This document shows, piece after piece, positions 48,035-56,951 of a stretch of 64,000 bases of DNA (position 1 is its first letter; each line of letters starts with the position of its first letter). The stretch is from an uncultured Gammaproteobacteria bacterium (lineage in GTDB: Bacteria; Patescibacteriota; Patescibacteriia; Magasanikbacterales; UBA922): positions 49,325 through 113,324 of the forward strand of contig CAZFKS010000002.1 in NCBI GenBank assembly GCA_964519725.1, given 5' to 3'. The position numbers and the translations under genes are program-made. Under the pieces are notes generated by a model. The model saw only the letters and a list, made by a program, of their open reading frames with translations. It did no database searches and was not told the DNA's origin.

Positions 48035-48133
48035 ACTGTTCCCTGTATGGTACCATTCCTGGAATAAGGCCGCAAATCCTGCTTTAACTTGGGCAAACTA
48101 ACTAAAACCGGTATAATTCTGAGTATACTTTCT

Positions 48134-49396
48134 ATGAAAACAAAATTAAATTGGCTCAAAAAACTTGGCCCGGGTTTTATAACGGGTGCTAGTGATGATG
48201 ATCCAAGCGGAATTGCCACCTACACCCAAACTGGCGCACAATTTGGCCTCTCGCAACTGTGGACTATGGTCGTGACCACGCCATTTTTAATTGCGATTCA
48301 AGAAATGTGCGGACGGATTGGTCTTGCAACTGGTAAAGGCTTGGCTGGAGTTATGCGCGAACACTATTCAAAAAAATTATTAGTGTTCATTGTCACTCTG
48401 CTCGTGGTCGCAAACGCGATAAATATTGGCGCTGATTTGGGGGCCATGGCCGCGGCCATGCAATTATTGATTCCAATTTCTTTTCCGTTGTTAATTATTG
48501 GAGTGACAGTTTTTACGCTTTTGCTAGAAGTTTTTGTTTCGTACAAAGTGTATGTCAAATATTTAAAATATTTTGCGCTTTCATTATTTGCGTATTTTGG
48601 TGTGGCCTTCTTTATCGATATTAATTGGGCTGAGGCAGTAAGAAATTTAGTTAGACCACAAATAGTTTTGTCTCGAGAATATTTGTTTAATATTGTGGCC
48701 TTGCTTGGAACCACCATTTCACCATATTTATTTTTTTGGCAAGCTGGTGAAGAAGTGGAGGAATTAGTGGCGGAAAAAAAGTTACGGAGTTTTGGTCAGG
48801 GCAAACCAAAAGTTGAAGCTTTGGATTTTAAAACCATGCGTGGTGACACGGCGCGCGGTATGATTTTTTCCAATTTAGTTTCGATTTTTATTATGATTGC
48901 GGCGGCGGCCACTTTATTACCGCAAGGAATTACCCAAATTAACACTGCGGCCGAAGCCGCGGCTGCACTTGAGCCAATTGCTGGGCCGTGGGCACAGGTT
49001 TTGTTTGCCATTGGTATTATTGGCACTGGACTTTTGGCTGTGCCAGTTTTGGCTGGTTCAGCTTCGTACGCAGTTAGCGAGGCATTTAAATGGAAAGAAG
49101 GCTTGTACCGTAATTTTTCTCAGGCACACGGGTTTTACGGAGTCATTACCATTGCCACCCTACTTGGTTTGATGGTTAATTTTATTGGTATCCCGCCATT
49201 TCGGATGTTGTATTATACGGCCATGATAAATGGGGCGATTTCACCAATTTTAATGATTTTAATTTTACGGATGAGCAGTAATAAAAAAATTATGGGTGAC
49301 CGAGTAAACACTAAAGTATCCTCGTTACTCGGGTGGTTAATTACTGGGTTTATGTGCGCCAGTTCTGTGGCCCTGGTGTATGTTTTGTTTAATTAA
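48134..49396 (+). CDS. mntH: NRAMP-family divalent metal (Mn2+/Fe2+) transporter (MntH-like).
   Basis: GPGFITGASDDDPSGIATYTQTGAQFG signature of Nramp TM1. About 11 TM helices. Confidence 0.8.
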   Translation: MKTKLNWLKKLGPGFITGASDDDPSGIATYTQTGAQFGLSQLWTMVVTTPFLIAIQEMCGRIGLATGKGLAGVMREHYSKKLLVFIVTLLVVANAINIGADLGAMAAAMQLLIPISFPLLIIGVTVFTLLLEVFVSYKVYVKYLKYFALSLFAYFGVAFFIDINWAEAVRNLVRPQIVLSREYLFNIVALLGTTISPYLFFWQAGEEVEELVAEKKLRSFGQGKPKVEALDFKTMRGDTARGMIFSNLVSIFIMIAAAATLLPQGITQINTAAEAAAALEPIAGPWAQVLFAIGIIGTGLLAVPVLAGSASYAVSEAFKWKEGLYRNFSQAHGFYGVITIATLLGLMVNFIGIPPFRMLYYTAMINGAISPILMILILRMSSNKKIMGDRVNTKVSSLLGWLITGFMCASSVALVYVLFN

Positions 49397-49420
49397 AAAA
49401 CATGGTCTAGACCATGTTTT
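49397..49420. terminator. Perfect palindromic terminator hairpin.
   Basis: AAAACATGGTCTAGACCATGTTTT is self-complementary with A/T runs on both sides. Confidence 0.7.
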
Positions 49421-49462
49421 ATCGTTGAGTTTCCCGGCGCGCCTCCTGCGCGCGGGAAGAGG

Positions 49463-49687
49463 TTACTCGTAGCTCGCCCGACACCGTGGGCAGCTCCAGC
49501 CGCCCACGCCCTGCTCTGGCCGCAGGACCACTTCTGGACAGCGAATACACTGTCTTGGGGCTGGTCCGTCTGGGACCAGTGGGTTGAAGGTAGTCATATC
49601 CCGGTTTCGCTTGCGGGGCGGCGTAACCGCCCAGCGGACTAGGCCCAGGAACATCAAGCCGAAGACGGTCAAGAGTGCTTTGCCCAT
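49463..49687 (-). CDS. GC-rich small membrane-anchored zinc-ribbon protein, 75 aa.
   Basis: Consensus SD GGAGG 6 nt before the ATG. TM helix (ALLTVFGLMFLGLV), then CIRCPE...CPRCRASYE (2x CxxC). GC3-rich codons. Confidence 0.5.
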   Translation of the reverse strand: MGKALLTVFGLMFLGLVRWAVTPPRKRNRDMTTFNPLVPDGPAPRQCIRCPEVVLRPEQGVGGWSCPRCRASYE

Positions 49688-49740
49688 GTGGAACCTCCGT
49701 GGGCCAGAGAATAACATGGATTTAAGAAAAAAACAAGGGG

Positions 49741-51396
49741 TTAGGTTAACTTTTTTGTCATGTACGTATCTTTGGAATGGTAGCCAAGGTGGCGATAGTA
49801 GTCGCGGACACCAACACCGGAAATTACAGTAGTGGATTTGAAGCCATGTTCACGGGCAATTTGTTCGGCTGCAGCCATGAGTTTTTTACCAAGGCCGGTG
49901 TGCTGGCTAGCAGAATCTTCTCGTTTGCCAATGCCAACCAGGCGGCCGTAAACATGAAGTTCACGAATAAAAGCGGTATTTTCAAGAACAGGAAGTTGTT
50001 TGATTAATGTTTCTGGGGTTGGAATAGTTGGAACGCGCAGGCGTAAGAAACCAAACACTGCAATTCGATTTGGGTCTTCAAAGGTGATGAAAAATTCTTT
50101 ACCACCAGTGGTTTCGTATTCATCAATAAATAATTGTGGTTCAGTATCGGCGGGAATATTTTTGGCTTGCCGACTAATTTCGCGGCAGCGTAAACACACA
50201 CACTTTAGGCCCTGCGCATGTAATTTTTTTTCTAAAAATTCGCGTAAGTTGGTGACCACATTGCCACCTTCAATTTCCGTGGCTGGAATATCACGAATCA
50301 AACGGGAAATGCGACAGTAGCGCGGCGTAGCTAATTTCATTTGCATGAGTGCTTCACTCATGGCCGGTGTGTCACCATGTGGCACGTAACGTCCGTCCAA
50401 AAACCATTGATAAAGTTCGGCACTTTTAATCACTGTGTTTGGATAAATTTTAATCATGTCGGGTTTCAAACCCTCGTCACTGAAAATTTCCTTGTACATT
50501 TCTACATCGTGATCTGGACTTGAGCCTGGTAAATCGGGCATGAAGTGGAGGTCAACTTTAAAACCAGCTTGGCGGAGGAGTAGCATGGCATCGCGGAATT
50601 GCTGAACAGTGTGACCGCGTTTAATTAATTCCAAAATTTTATTATCTGTGGCTTGCAAACCAAGTTCAATGCGAGTGCAACCTTGCTGACGCATGTGAAA
50701 AATTGTTTTTGGAGAAATGGCATCAGGTCGAGTTTCCAAGGTCAAACCAATGATGCGGTATTTGGCAGTTTCATTTTTCTTTTGTGCGTCAGCCAGCGCG
50801 GCTTGTAATTCCGCGAGCGGGGAGTGTTCAGTTAATTTTTTACGCTGCAAATTTTTCCGCCCCATTTCATTGCAGGCCAAAAACGATTCCAAAATATACC
50901 AATATTGATAACCGAGCGTGTAGGCATTCCAGGTACCACCTTTAATAATATATTCAATTTTATCAGCCGTGTGACCACTTTCTTTGAGGGTCAAAAGTCG
51001 TTGACGCATGAGTTCGTACGGATCAAAATTCAGCGCCAAGGCGCGCGCGGCCGCTGGCTCAGTGGCAATATAACTCTTTGGCATGCGCGCTTCAGTTGGG
51101 CAATAAACACACTGACCTGGACAAGTATAGGGTTTGACAAGGGAAGTTACGACAGCAATTCCAGATAAACTTCGTACCTCGGCTTTGCGAATTAATTTCA
51201 ATAAATCTGCATCAGGCGCCACGCTTTTCTTTTTACAATACTTTTGGTAGGCTATGAGCAGCTGCCGGTTACTTGGCTGCGCGGTGGCCAGTTGATTAGC
51301 CGCAATTCGGCGGGCATTATCAAAATCAGCCTTAGTTTGGGGCTTAGCCGCAATAATCGCTCCAATAATTTGTTCAATTTGTGTCACAATTTTCAC
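49741..51396 (-). CDS. elp3: Elp3-family radical SAM / GNAT acetyltransferase (bacterial Elongator Elp3 homolog; tRNA wobble-uridine modification).
   Basis: Radical SAM cluster motif CPGQCVYC, central radical-SAM barrel, C-terminal GNAT motif A (HTGLGKKLMAAAEQIAREHGF). The annotated start is a GTG and is uncertain. Confidence 0.8.
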   Translation of the reverse strand: MKIVTQIEQIIGAIIAAKPQTKADFDNARRIAANQLATAQPSNRQLLIAYQKYCKKKSVAPDADLLKLIRKAEVRSLSGIAVVTSLVKPYTCPGQCVYCPTEARMPKSYIATEPAAARALALNFDPYELMRQRLLTLKESGHTADKIEYIIKGGTWNAYTLGYQYWYILESFLACNEMGRKNLQRKKLTEHSPLAELQAALADAQKKNETAKYRIIGLTLETRPDAISPKTIFHMRQQGCTRIELGLQATDNKILELIKRGHTVQQFRDAMLLLRQAGFKVDLHFMPDLPGSSPDHDVEMYKEIFSDEGLKPDMIKIYPNTVIKSAELYQWFLDGRYVPHGDTPAMSEALMQMKLATPRYCRISRLIRDIPATEIEGGNVVTNLREFLEKKLHAQGLKCVCLRCREISRQAKNIPADTEPQLFIDEYETTGGKEFFITFEDPNRIAVFGFLRLRVPTIPTPETLIKQLPVLENTAFIRELHVYGRLVGIGKREDSASQHTGLGKKLMAAAEQIAREHGFKSTTVISGVGVRDYYRHLGYHSKDTYMTKKLT

Positions 51397-52094
51397 CAGA
51401 AAATTTAATTGCTCAGAATAAAACCGTGTATGATCGGATCGCGCCGTTATTTTCTGCGACCCGTGAGTTTAATTGGGCTGATGCTGAGGTTTTGGCTGAG
51501 TATATCAAACCCGGGAGCCAGGTGTTAGACCTGGGCTGCGGGAATGGTCGATTATACCAGATTTTAGCCAAAAAACAAGTGAAGTACGTGGGTCTGGACC
51601 AGAGTGCCGAACTCGTCAAATTGGCCGGGGAAAAGAATCCAGGCCAGGAATTTGTGGTTGGGGACATGACGAGCCTGGATTTTTCTGACCAGTTGTTTGA
51701 CATCGTGATTGGAATTGCGTCTTTTAACCATATTCCAGGCCAAGAATTGCAGTTAAAAACACTTAAGGAAATGGCCCGGGTTTTAAAGCCAGGTGGTCAA
51801 ATTTTAATGACTAATTGGAATTTACATTCTGAGAGCGCACAGAAAAATATTAAAAAACATAATTGGAAAAATTGGCAGGAAACGCCAGGGCAGGGGATTG
51901 ATGTGCTGGTGCCATGGAAAAATCCGCAGGCAGAAATTTTGGGCGAGCGGTTTTATCATGGATTTACAGCGGAGGAATTAACCAACCTTGCGCAATCAGC
52001 CAATTTAGAAGTCGTAGATATTTTTTACAGTCATAAGGGCCAGCGTTTGGACCAAACCACCGGAGCAAATATCCTGAGTATTTTTAAAAAATAA
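51381..52094 (+). CDS. Class I SAM-dependent methyltransferase (Trm9/UbiE-like fold).
   Basis: Motif I VLDLGCGNGRL, motif II FDIVIGIASF, post-II LKPGGQILMT. Start codon (GTG) uncertain. Divergent from elp3. Confidence 0.75.
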   Translation: MSQFSPENLIAQNKTVYDRIAPLFSATREFNWADAEVLAEYIKPGSQVLDLGCGNGRLYQILAKKQVKYVGLDQSAELVKLAGEKNPGQEFVVGDMTSLDFSDQLFDIVIGIASFNHIPGQELQLKTLKEMARVLKPGGQILMTNWNLHSESAQKNIKKHNWKNWQETPGQGIDVLVPWKNPQAEILGERFYHGFTAEELTNLAQSANLEVVDIFYSHKGQRLDQTTGANILSIFKK

Positions 52095-52095
52095 T

Positions 52096-52320
52096 ATGGA
52101 ACTCATGAAATTTGTTGGTGCCTTTGGTTTACTACTCATTTCAATTGGCATTGTTACTAAAGAACGTAAAAAACAAGATGCATTATACATTGTGGGCGGG
52201 GTCGCGCTGGAAGTGTACAGTATTTATTTGGGCGATTATATTTTCATAGTTCTTCAAATTATTTTCACAGTCGCAGCGATCTATGATATTGCAAAATTAA
52301 AGTATGGAAAACCACGTTAA
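52096..52320 (+). CDS. Small two-TM membrane protein, 74 aa.
   Basis: Two hydrophobic helices. ATGA-type junction with the upstream stop. Confidence 0.35.
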   Translation: MELMKFVGAFGLLLISIGIVTKERKKQDALYIVGGVALEVYSIYLGDYIFIVLQIIFTVAAIYDIAKLKYGKPR

Positions 52321-52717
52321 AGTCGGAGTCGGGGTAATGGTAATTAAAGACGGAAAAATTTTGATGGGCAAGCGACTCACCAAACACGCTGGGAATGAGT
52401 ATGCCACCCCCGGCGGTCATCTGGAGTATGGTGAATCGTTTTTTGACTGTGCCCGGCGTGAAGTGACTGAGGAGTGTGGTTTAGAAATTACTAACATACG
52501 TTTTTTGTTTGTAACAAATTTGCTGGCTTATTTGCCAAAACATTATGTGCATATTAATGTGGTGGCTGATTGGGCGGGTGGTGAGCCGCAAGTGTTGGAG
52601 CCTAATAAGTGCGAGTCCTGGGACTGGTATGATATGGATAATTTGCCAGAGCCAGTTTTTTACACCACTAAGATGGGGGTTGAAAGTTACCGCACGGGAA
52701 AATATTTTTTTGAATAA
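52304..52717 (+). CDS. NUDIX hydrolase.
   Basis: Nudix box GGHLEYGESFFDCARREVTEECGL. Confidence 0.8.
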   Translation: MENHVKVGVGVMVIKDGKILMGKRLTKHAGNEYATPGGHLEYGESFFDCARREVTEECGLEITNIRFLFVTNLLAYLPKHYVHINVVADWAGGEPQVLEPNKCESWDWYDMDNLPEPVFYTTKMGVESYRTGKYFFE

Positions 52718-52718
52718 T

Positions 52719-53156
52719 ATGACAATAAATCCAAACAAATTACCAGTTAAAGTCACAGCCGGAGGCGTGGTTCTACGCCAGGAAAATGGTGGGTGGTTGG
52801 TTGCGCTTGAACAGCAAGTCAAAATGAGTGGTGAATTTTGGTGTGTGCCGAAAGGCCATGTTGAAGAGGGTGAAGATTTGGAAACTGCAGCCAAGCGCGA
52901 GATTGCTGAAGAAGTCGGGGTGACTGAATTTGAGTCATTTGAATATTTAGCTGAAAAACAACGACCGAGTTTGAAAGGACATGAATGGAAAATCATTCAC
53001 TATTTTTTAGCTGTTACTAAACAGGTTGATTTATATCCAGCTGATACGGAAAAAGGCCATCGTGCCAAATGGTTTCTGCTTTTCAGTGATTTACCGCTTT
53101 TATTTGAAGAACAAAAAGAATTAATTGAAGAAATCAAACGAAAAATTCAAAAATAA
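52719..53156 (+). CDS. NUDIX hydrolase.
   Basis: Nudix box KGHVEEGEDLETAAKREIAEEVGV. Start moved to an internal Met right after the previous stop; the track ORF extension overlaps the upstream gene out of frame. Confidence 0.7.
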   Translation: MTINPNKLPVKVTAGGVVLRQENGGWLVALEQQVKMSGEFWCVPKGHVEEGEDLETAAKREIAEEVGVTEFESFEYLAEKQRPSLKGHEWKIIHYFLAVTKQVDLYPADTEKGHRAKWFLLFSDLPLLFEEQKELIEEIKRKIQK

Positions 53157-53159
53157 ATG

Positions 53160-53179
53160 TGGTATACTATGGTATACCA
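53160..53179. promoter_or_regulatory. Perfect 8-4-8 inverted repeat (candidate repressor operator) immediately upstream of the second Nramp gene.
   Basis: TGGTATAC-TATG-GTATACCA ends 7 nt before the ATG at 53186. Confidence 0.45.
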
Positions 53180-53185
53180 TTTTTT

Positions 53186-54562
53186 ATGAAAACTTCTCAC
53201 ACCCTCCCAAACCCAATTTCACTGCGCAAAATGATTGGTCCAAGTTTTATTATTCTAGCACTTGGCCTTGGTTCGGGTGAAGTGATTTTGTGGCCGTATT
53301 TAGTGGCTAATTATGGCCTCGGGATTGCCTGGGGCGCAGTGCTTGGGATTACGTGTCAGTTTTTCATTAACATGGAAATTGAACGGTATGCACTCATCCG
53401 CGGTGAAAGTGTATTTGTGGGCTTGGCAAAAATGTCACGCGTTTTACCATATTGGTTTATTCTCTCCACTTTTGTGGCGTTTGGACTGCCTGGAATTATT
53501 GCCGCTGGCGCGCAACTCCTGGTGAATGCGTTTGGTTTTACTAATTTTAAATTAGTGGCGTCGCTACTCTTGGTTGGAATCGGATTTTTACTGAGTTTAG
53601 GAAAAACCGTGTACGGACTCATGGAAAAATTAACTACCACCATTGTTTTAATTGGAGTGCCATTTATTTTTGTGCTTGCGATTTGGGTTAGTACTGGTGC
53701 GGATTGGCAAGCAGTTGGGCAGGGACTTTTGGGTCAGGGAAATGGTTATAATTTTTTACCAACTGGAATTGCACTCGCCACATTTCTCGGTGCGTTTGCC
53801 TATTCTGGGGCAGCGGGAAATTTAAATTTGACCCAATCAATTTACATAAAAGAAAAAGGTTATGGCATGGGCGCCTTTGCGCAAAAAATTGCTGGCTTAT
53901 TTCACAAAGGTGCGCATGAGGCCGTGAAATTAAGTGGGACTGCGGCCGCGGCCACCAAAGAAAATGAGGCCTTGTTTAAAAAATGGTGGCGCCTAGTTAA
54001 CACTGAACATGGGTTAGTGTTTTGGGGAATGGGTGCGCTGGCCATGGTTCTCTTAATGCTTCTATCATTTGCTACTGCTTATGGTTCAGCTGGTACTGCC
54101 AGCGGAATTAATTTTGTGATTACTGAAGCGCGCATGATTGGTCAAGAAACTTTGCCAATTTTTGGGACTTTATTTTTGCTCGCGGCCGGAATTATGCTGG
54201 TCCAAACCCAACTTGGGGTGATGGACTCAACTTCCCGGATTATGGCCGAAAATTGGGCGCTGCGTCAGGGTGAAGCCAAGGCGCAGAACTTGACAAAACT
54301 ATATGGAATTTTTTTGTGGGCGCAAATTGCGTTTGGAATTGTTTTATTTGCTCTTGGAATTCACGAACCAAAAAGTTTATTGGTAGCTGGTGCGTGTTTA
54401 AATGCTATTGCCATGTTTGTACATATTGGCCTAGTGAGTGTTTTGAATTACAAAACTATACCAAAAATGTTTCAACCCAAACCATGGCGCCGGGTGCTGC
54501 TGGGTTTAATTTTTATTTTTTTCGGTATTTTTAGCACCTTGGTGGTCAAAGATTTATTCTAG
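53186..54562 (+). CDS. NRAMP-family divalent metal transporter, second paralog.
   Basis: IGPSFIILALGLGSGEVILWPYLVANYG aligns with Nramp TM1 in degenerate form. 11-12 TM helices. Confidence 0.6.
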   Translation: MKTSHTLPNPISLRKMIGPSFIILALGLGSGEVILWPYLVANYGLGIAWGAVLGITCQFFINMEIERYALIRGESVFVGLAKMSRVLPYWFILSTFVAFGLPGIIAAGAQLLVNAFGFTNFKLVASLLLVGIGFLLSLGKTVYGLMEKLTTTIVLIGVPFIFVLAIWVSTGADWQAVGQGLLGQGNGYNFLPTGIALATFLGAFAYSGAAGNLNLTQSIYIKEKGYGMGAFAQKIAGLFHKGAHEAVKLSGTAAAATKENEALFKKWWRLVNTEHGLVFWGMGALAMVLLMLLSFATAYGSAGTASGINFVITEARMIGQETLPIFGTLFLLAAGIMLVQTQLGVMDSTSRIMAENWALRQGEAKAQNLTKLYGIFLWAQIAFGIVLFALGIHEPKSLLVAGACLNAIAMFVHIGLVSVLNYKTIPKMFQPKPWRRVLLGLIFIFFGIFSTLVVKDLF

Positions 54563-54568
54563 TCAATT

Positions 54569-55234
54569 CTATCGTTCGATCGCTTTATAGCCGACTCCGG
54601 GGATAGTTTTGATATACCGCTCGGTTGGGTCAACTTTTTTTCTTAGACTTAAAATGTGTGATTCTATTGTATGTGAAAATGGATCAGCGTTAATATCCCA
54701 AACATGTTCCATGATCATGTGTCTGGTTAGGGCAATACCTTGATTTTTCAGTAAATATTCTAAAAGTAAGAATTCTTTTTTAGTTAAATATATTTCCTTT
54801 CCAGCTTTTATGATTTGTTGTTCGTGGCTGTTAAGTACAATATCGCCAATTTTATAAATATTTTTTGTTGTTTGGGCTGGCCTGCGTAACAGAGCGTGTA
54901 TCCGAGCCAAAAGTTCGTTAAAGTAAAACGGTTTGCTTAGGTAATCATCAGCACCGCAGTTGAGTAGTTTGGTTTTTTGCTCAGAATCGTGTATGGCCGA
55001 AAGGATCAAAATTGGTACTGATCGGCCACTTTGCCTAATTTCATTACAAACAGTGTAGCCATTTTTTACCGATAACATCAAGTCTAAAATGATAATATCA
55101 TAGTAACATGTCCTAGCTTGAAATGATCCAGTTTCCGCATCTTGCGTACTATCAACAATAAAATTTTCTGCCTCTAAACGAGGCTTAAGGAAATTAATAA
55201 TATCTAGTTCATCTTCAATTAAAAGTAGACGCAT
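54569..55234 (-). CDS. OmpR-family two-component response regulator; no adjacent histidine kinase.
   Basis: Receiver MRLLLIEDE...DIIILDLML...ILILSA...K, then winged-helix (TKKEFLLLEYLLKNQGIALTRHMIMEHVW...VDPTERYIKTIPGVGYK). Gene is unusually AT-rich. Confidence 0.8.
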   Translation of the reverse strand: MRLLLIEDELDIINFLKPRLEAENFIVDSTQDAETGSFQARTCYYDIIILDLMLSVKNGYTVCNEIRQSGRSVPILILSAIHDSEQKTKLLNCGADDYLSKPFYFNELLARIHALLRRPAQTTKNIYKIGDIVLNSHEQQIIKAGKEIYLTKKEFLLLEYLLKNQGIALTRHMIMEHVWDINADPFSHTIESHILSLRKKVDPTERYIKTIPGVGYKAIER

Positions 55235-55330
55235 ATTTATTTTTTTGTTTGTGATACCAATAAAATATTTTACAATAGATTGTAGAATGCGCAAGCATTG
55301 TGCTGTCAGAATTTGTTGACAATAAAAAAA

Positions 55331-55344
55331 AGACCGATCGGTCT
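55331..55344 (-). terminator. Minus-strand terminator hairpin serving the upstream GC-rich ORF.
   Basis: AGACCGATCGGTCT palindrome, followed on the minus strand by an 8-T run. Confidence 0.5.
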
Positions 55345-55527
55345 ATAATTTGAGTAGTGGTAAACCAGCGAAATTAAAAAAACAATGGGGTTTTGAGTAG
55401 TGCGACAGTTGCACGAGCCAATAAATTGGTTTGATGTGCTAACTAGTTGCACCCTCAATTGGATAATTGTTTCATCCTTTAATCATCCAATAATGGGGTC
55501 GGCGAGTCGTGCTCGCCGTCCCTCCTG

Positions 55528-55932
55528 TCAGCGCCGTCCGGCGCTCCGTGCCGCCTTGGGCGGCGCGATGATCGGGAACAACACCCGGGCGTACTTCTTA
55601 CGCGGCTCGGTGACCTGCCCGATCGCCTCGACGTAGACGCACCAGTAGCGCCGCCGCCCCTCATGAGGGCTGCACCTGGTGTGCCACTCGAGGCTAACTT
55701 GGACTCCACCCCAGAGCGTCATGCTCGTATCGCTCGGATTGAGCGGCAGGATGACATACCCAGCAGGCGGAGCGTTCTTGCCAGGGACTTTACCGAACAA
55801 GTCCCAGACCGTCTTGGCGTCGAAGTTTCGCATCAGTGCGATTGGCACACACGTCTTCGGTGTCGGAGTCGGGGGAAGCTGCTTCATGGGTGGGTGATCG
55901 TCGATCCGAGTCTTGAGTTTTGGAGGCATCAT
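55528..55932 (-). CDS. GC-rich hypothetical protein, ~134 aa, Pro-rich N-terminus.
   Basis: AAAGGA-ctc-ATGATG start region. GC3-rich codons. No TM helix or known motif. Own terminator downstream. DnaA-box-like TTATCCACA and ACACA...TGTGT inverted repeat upstream. Confidence 0.4.
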   Translation of the reverse strand: MMPPKLKTRIDDHPPMKQLPPTPTPKTCVPIALMRNFDAKTVWDLFGKVPGKNAPPAGYVILPLNPSDTSMTLWGGVQVSLEWHTRCSPHEGRRRYWCVYVEAIGQVTEPRKKYARVLFPIIAPPKAARSAGRR

Positions 55933-56027
55933 GAGTCCTTTTGATCGTCGCTCACCGCACCGTGCGGGAGTCCACGTAAAAGAATACACAGTTTAATTGT
56001 GTAATCATATGATTTGTGTGGATAAGT

Positions 56028-56951
56028 TTACACGCCAGTAATTAACGCCACAATTGCGCCAGAAAATTTTTGTCTAGTTTGGGTTGCAAGAGCAATTCCA
56101 GCAATTGCGAGCGCTGAATTTGGTGAAATTTCTAAGTCGATTTTTTCTTTAACCAATTTTTGGGCGCCAATTATTTCATTATCAGTAACTATCCAACCTG
56201 AACCATTACTTTTTTGTACAACATTAATTACCGCAAATTTTCGTTGCGCAATTTTATCAACGATTGCGCCGGCAATTGAGGTGTCTGGATCAGGCATATA
56301 GGCGCCGTGGGTTGGACACATAACAGTTTTAAACGCGTCTGCAATTGGATGCACGGCCTGGGTTTGTACAATATGAATTTGTGGTTTTTGGTCGAGAGTT
56401 TGAAAGGCCTCAGCCAGTGCCTGGGCCGTCGTACCTGATGAAGTCGGAATAAAAATTGCTTGCAAATTTGGAATGTGATTTAATTCAGCGGCTAATTCAG
56501 CGTAACCTTTGAGCGCCAAATCATCAGTTGATTGGCGGATCAATTTGGCCTCACCTTTGGCATCCACTTGAAACGCCGCTTGGCGCGGATTTTCTACTTG
56601 TTCAACCGTAATATTTTGGTCAGTCAGTGCGCGAATTAAAGTTTCTTTTTCTGCAGGAATTTTTGGGCCAATAAAAATTTGCAAAGTAATTTGCGCGTCC
56701 GGATTATTTAAATTGTGGTGCTGCACATAACGCGCCGCCGCGAGCGCCGCATTGCCTGATGACGAAATTACAAATTTGGTCACCTGTTCTTTATGCCAGT
56801 AGTGATCAATCATGTAGGGGATTGAACGGCCTTTGTGCGAACCAAAATGGTGCAAATCTTCACGTTTAAGCCAGAGTTCTGGCACTCCAAGCGCCGTCGC
56901 TAATTCAGGAACTGGAGTTTGTGGTGTTTTCATATTATTTACAAATGTCAC
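56028..56951 (-). CDS. PLP-dependent enzyme of the tryptophan-synthase-beta superfamily (threonine synthase-like).
   Basis: LWLKREDLHHFGSHKGRS aligns with the threonine synthase PLP-Lys motif (LWLKxE..NPTGSFKDRG). Glycine-rich SSGNAALAAA PLP-phosphate loop. Confidence 0.6.
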   Translation of the reverse strand: MTFVNNMKTPQTPVPELATALGVPELWLKREDLHHFGSHKGRSIPYMIDHYWHKEQVTKFVISSSGNAALAAARYVQHHNLNNPDAQITLQIFIGPKIPAEKETLIRALTDQNITVEQVENPRQAAFQVDAKGEAKLIRQSTDDLALKGYAELAAELNHIPNLQAIFIPTSSGTTAQALAEAFQTLDQKPQIHIVQTQAVHPIADAFKTVMCPTHGAYMPDPDTSIAGAIVDKIAQRKFAVINVVQKSNGSGWIVTDNEIIGAQKLVKEKIDLEISPNSALAIAGIALATQTRQKFSGAIVALITGV

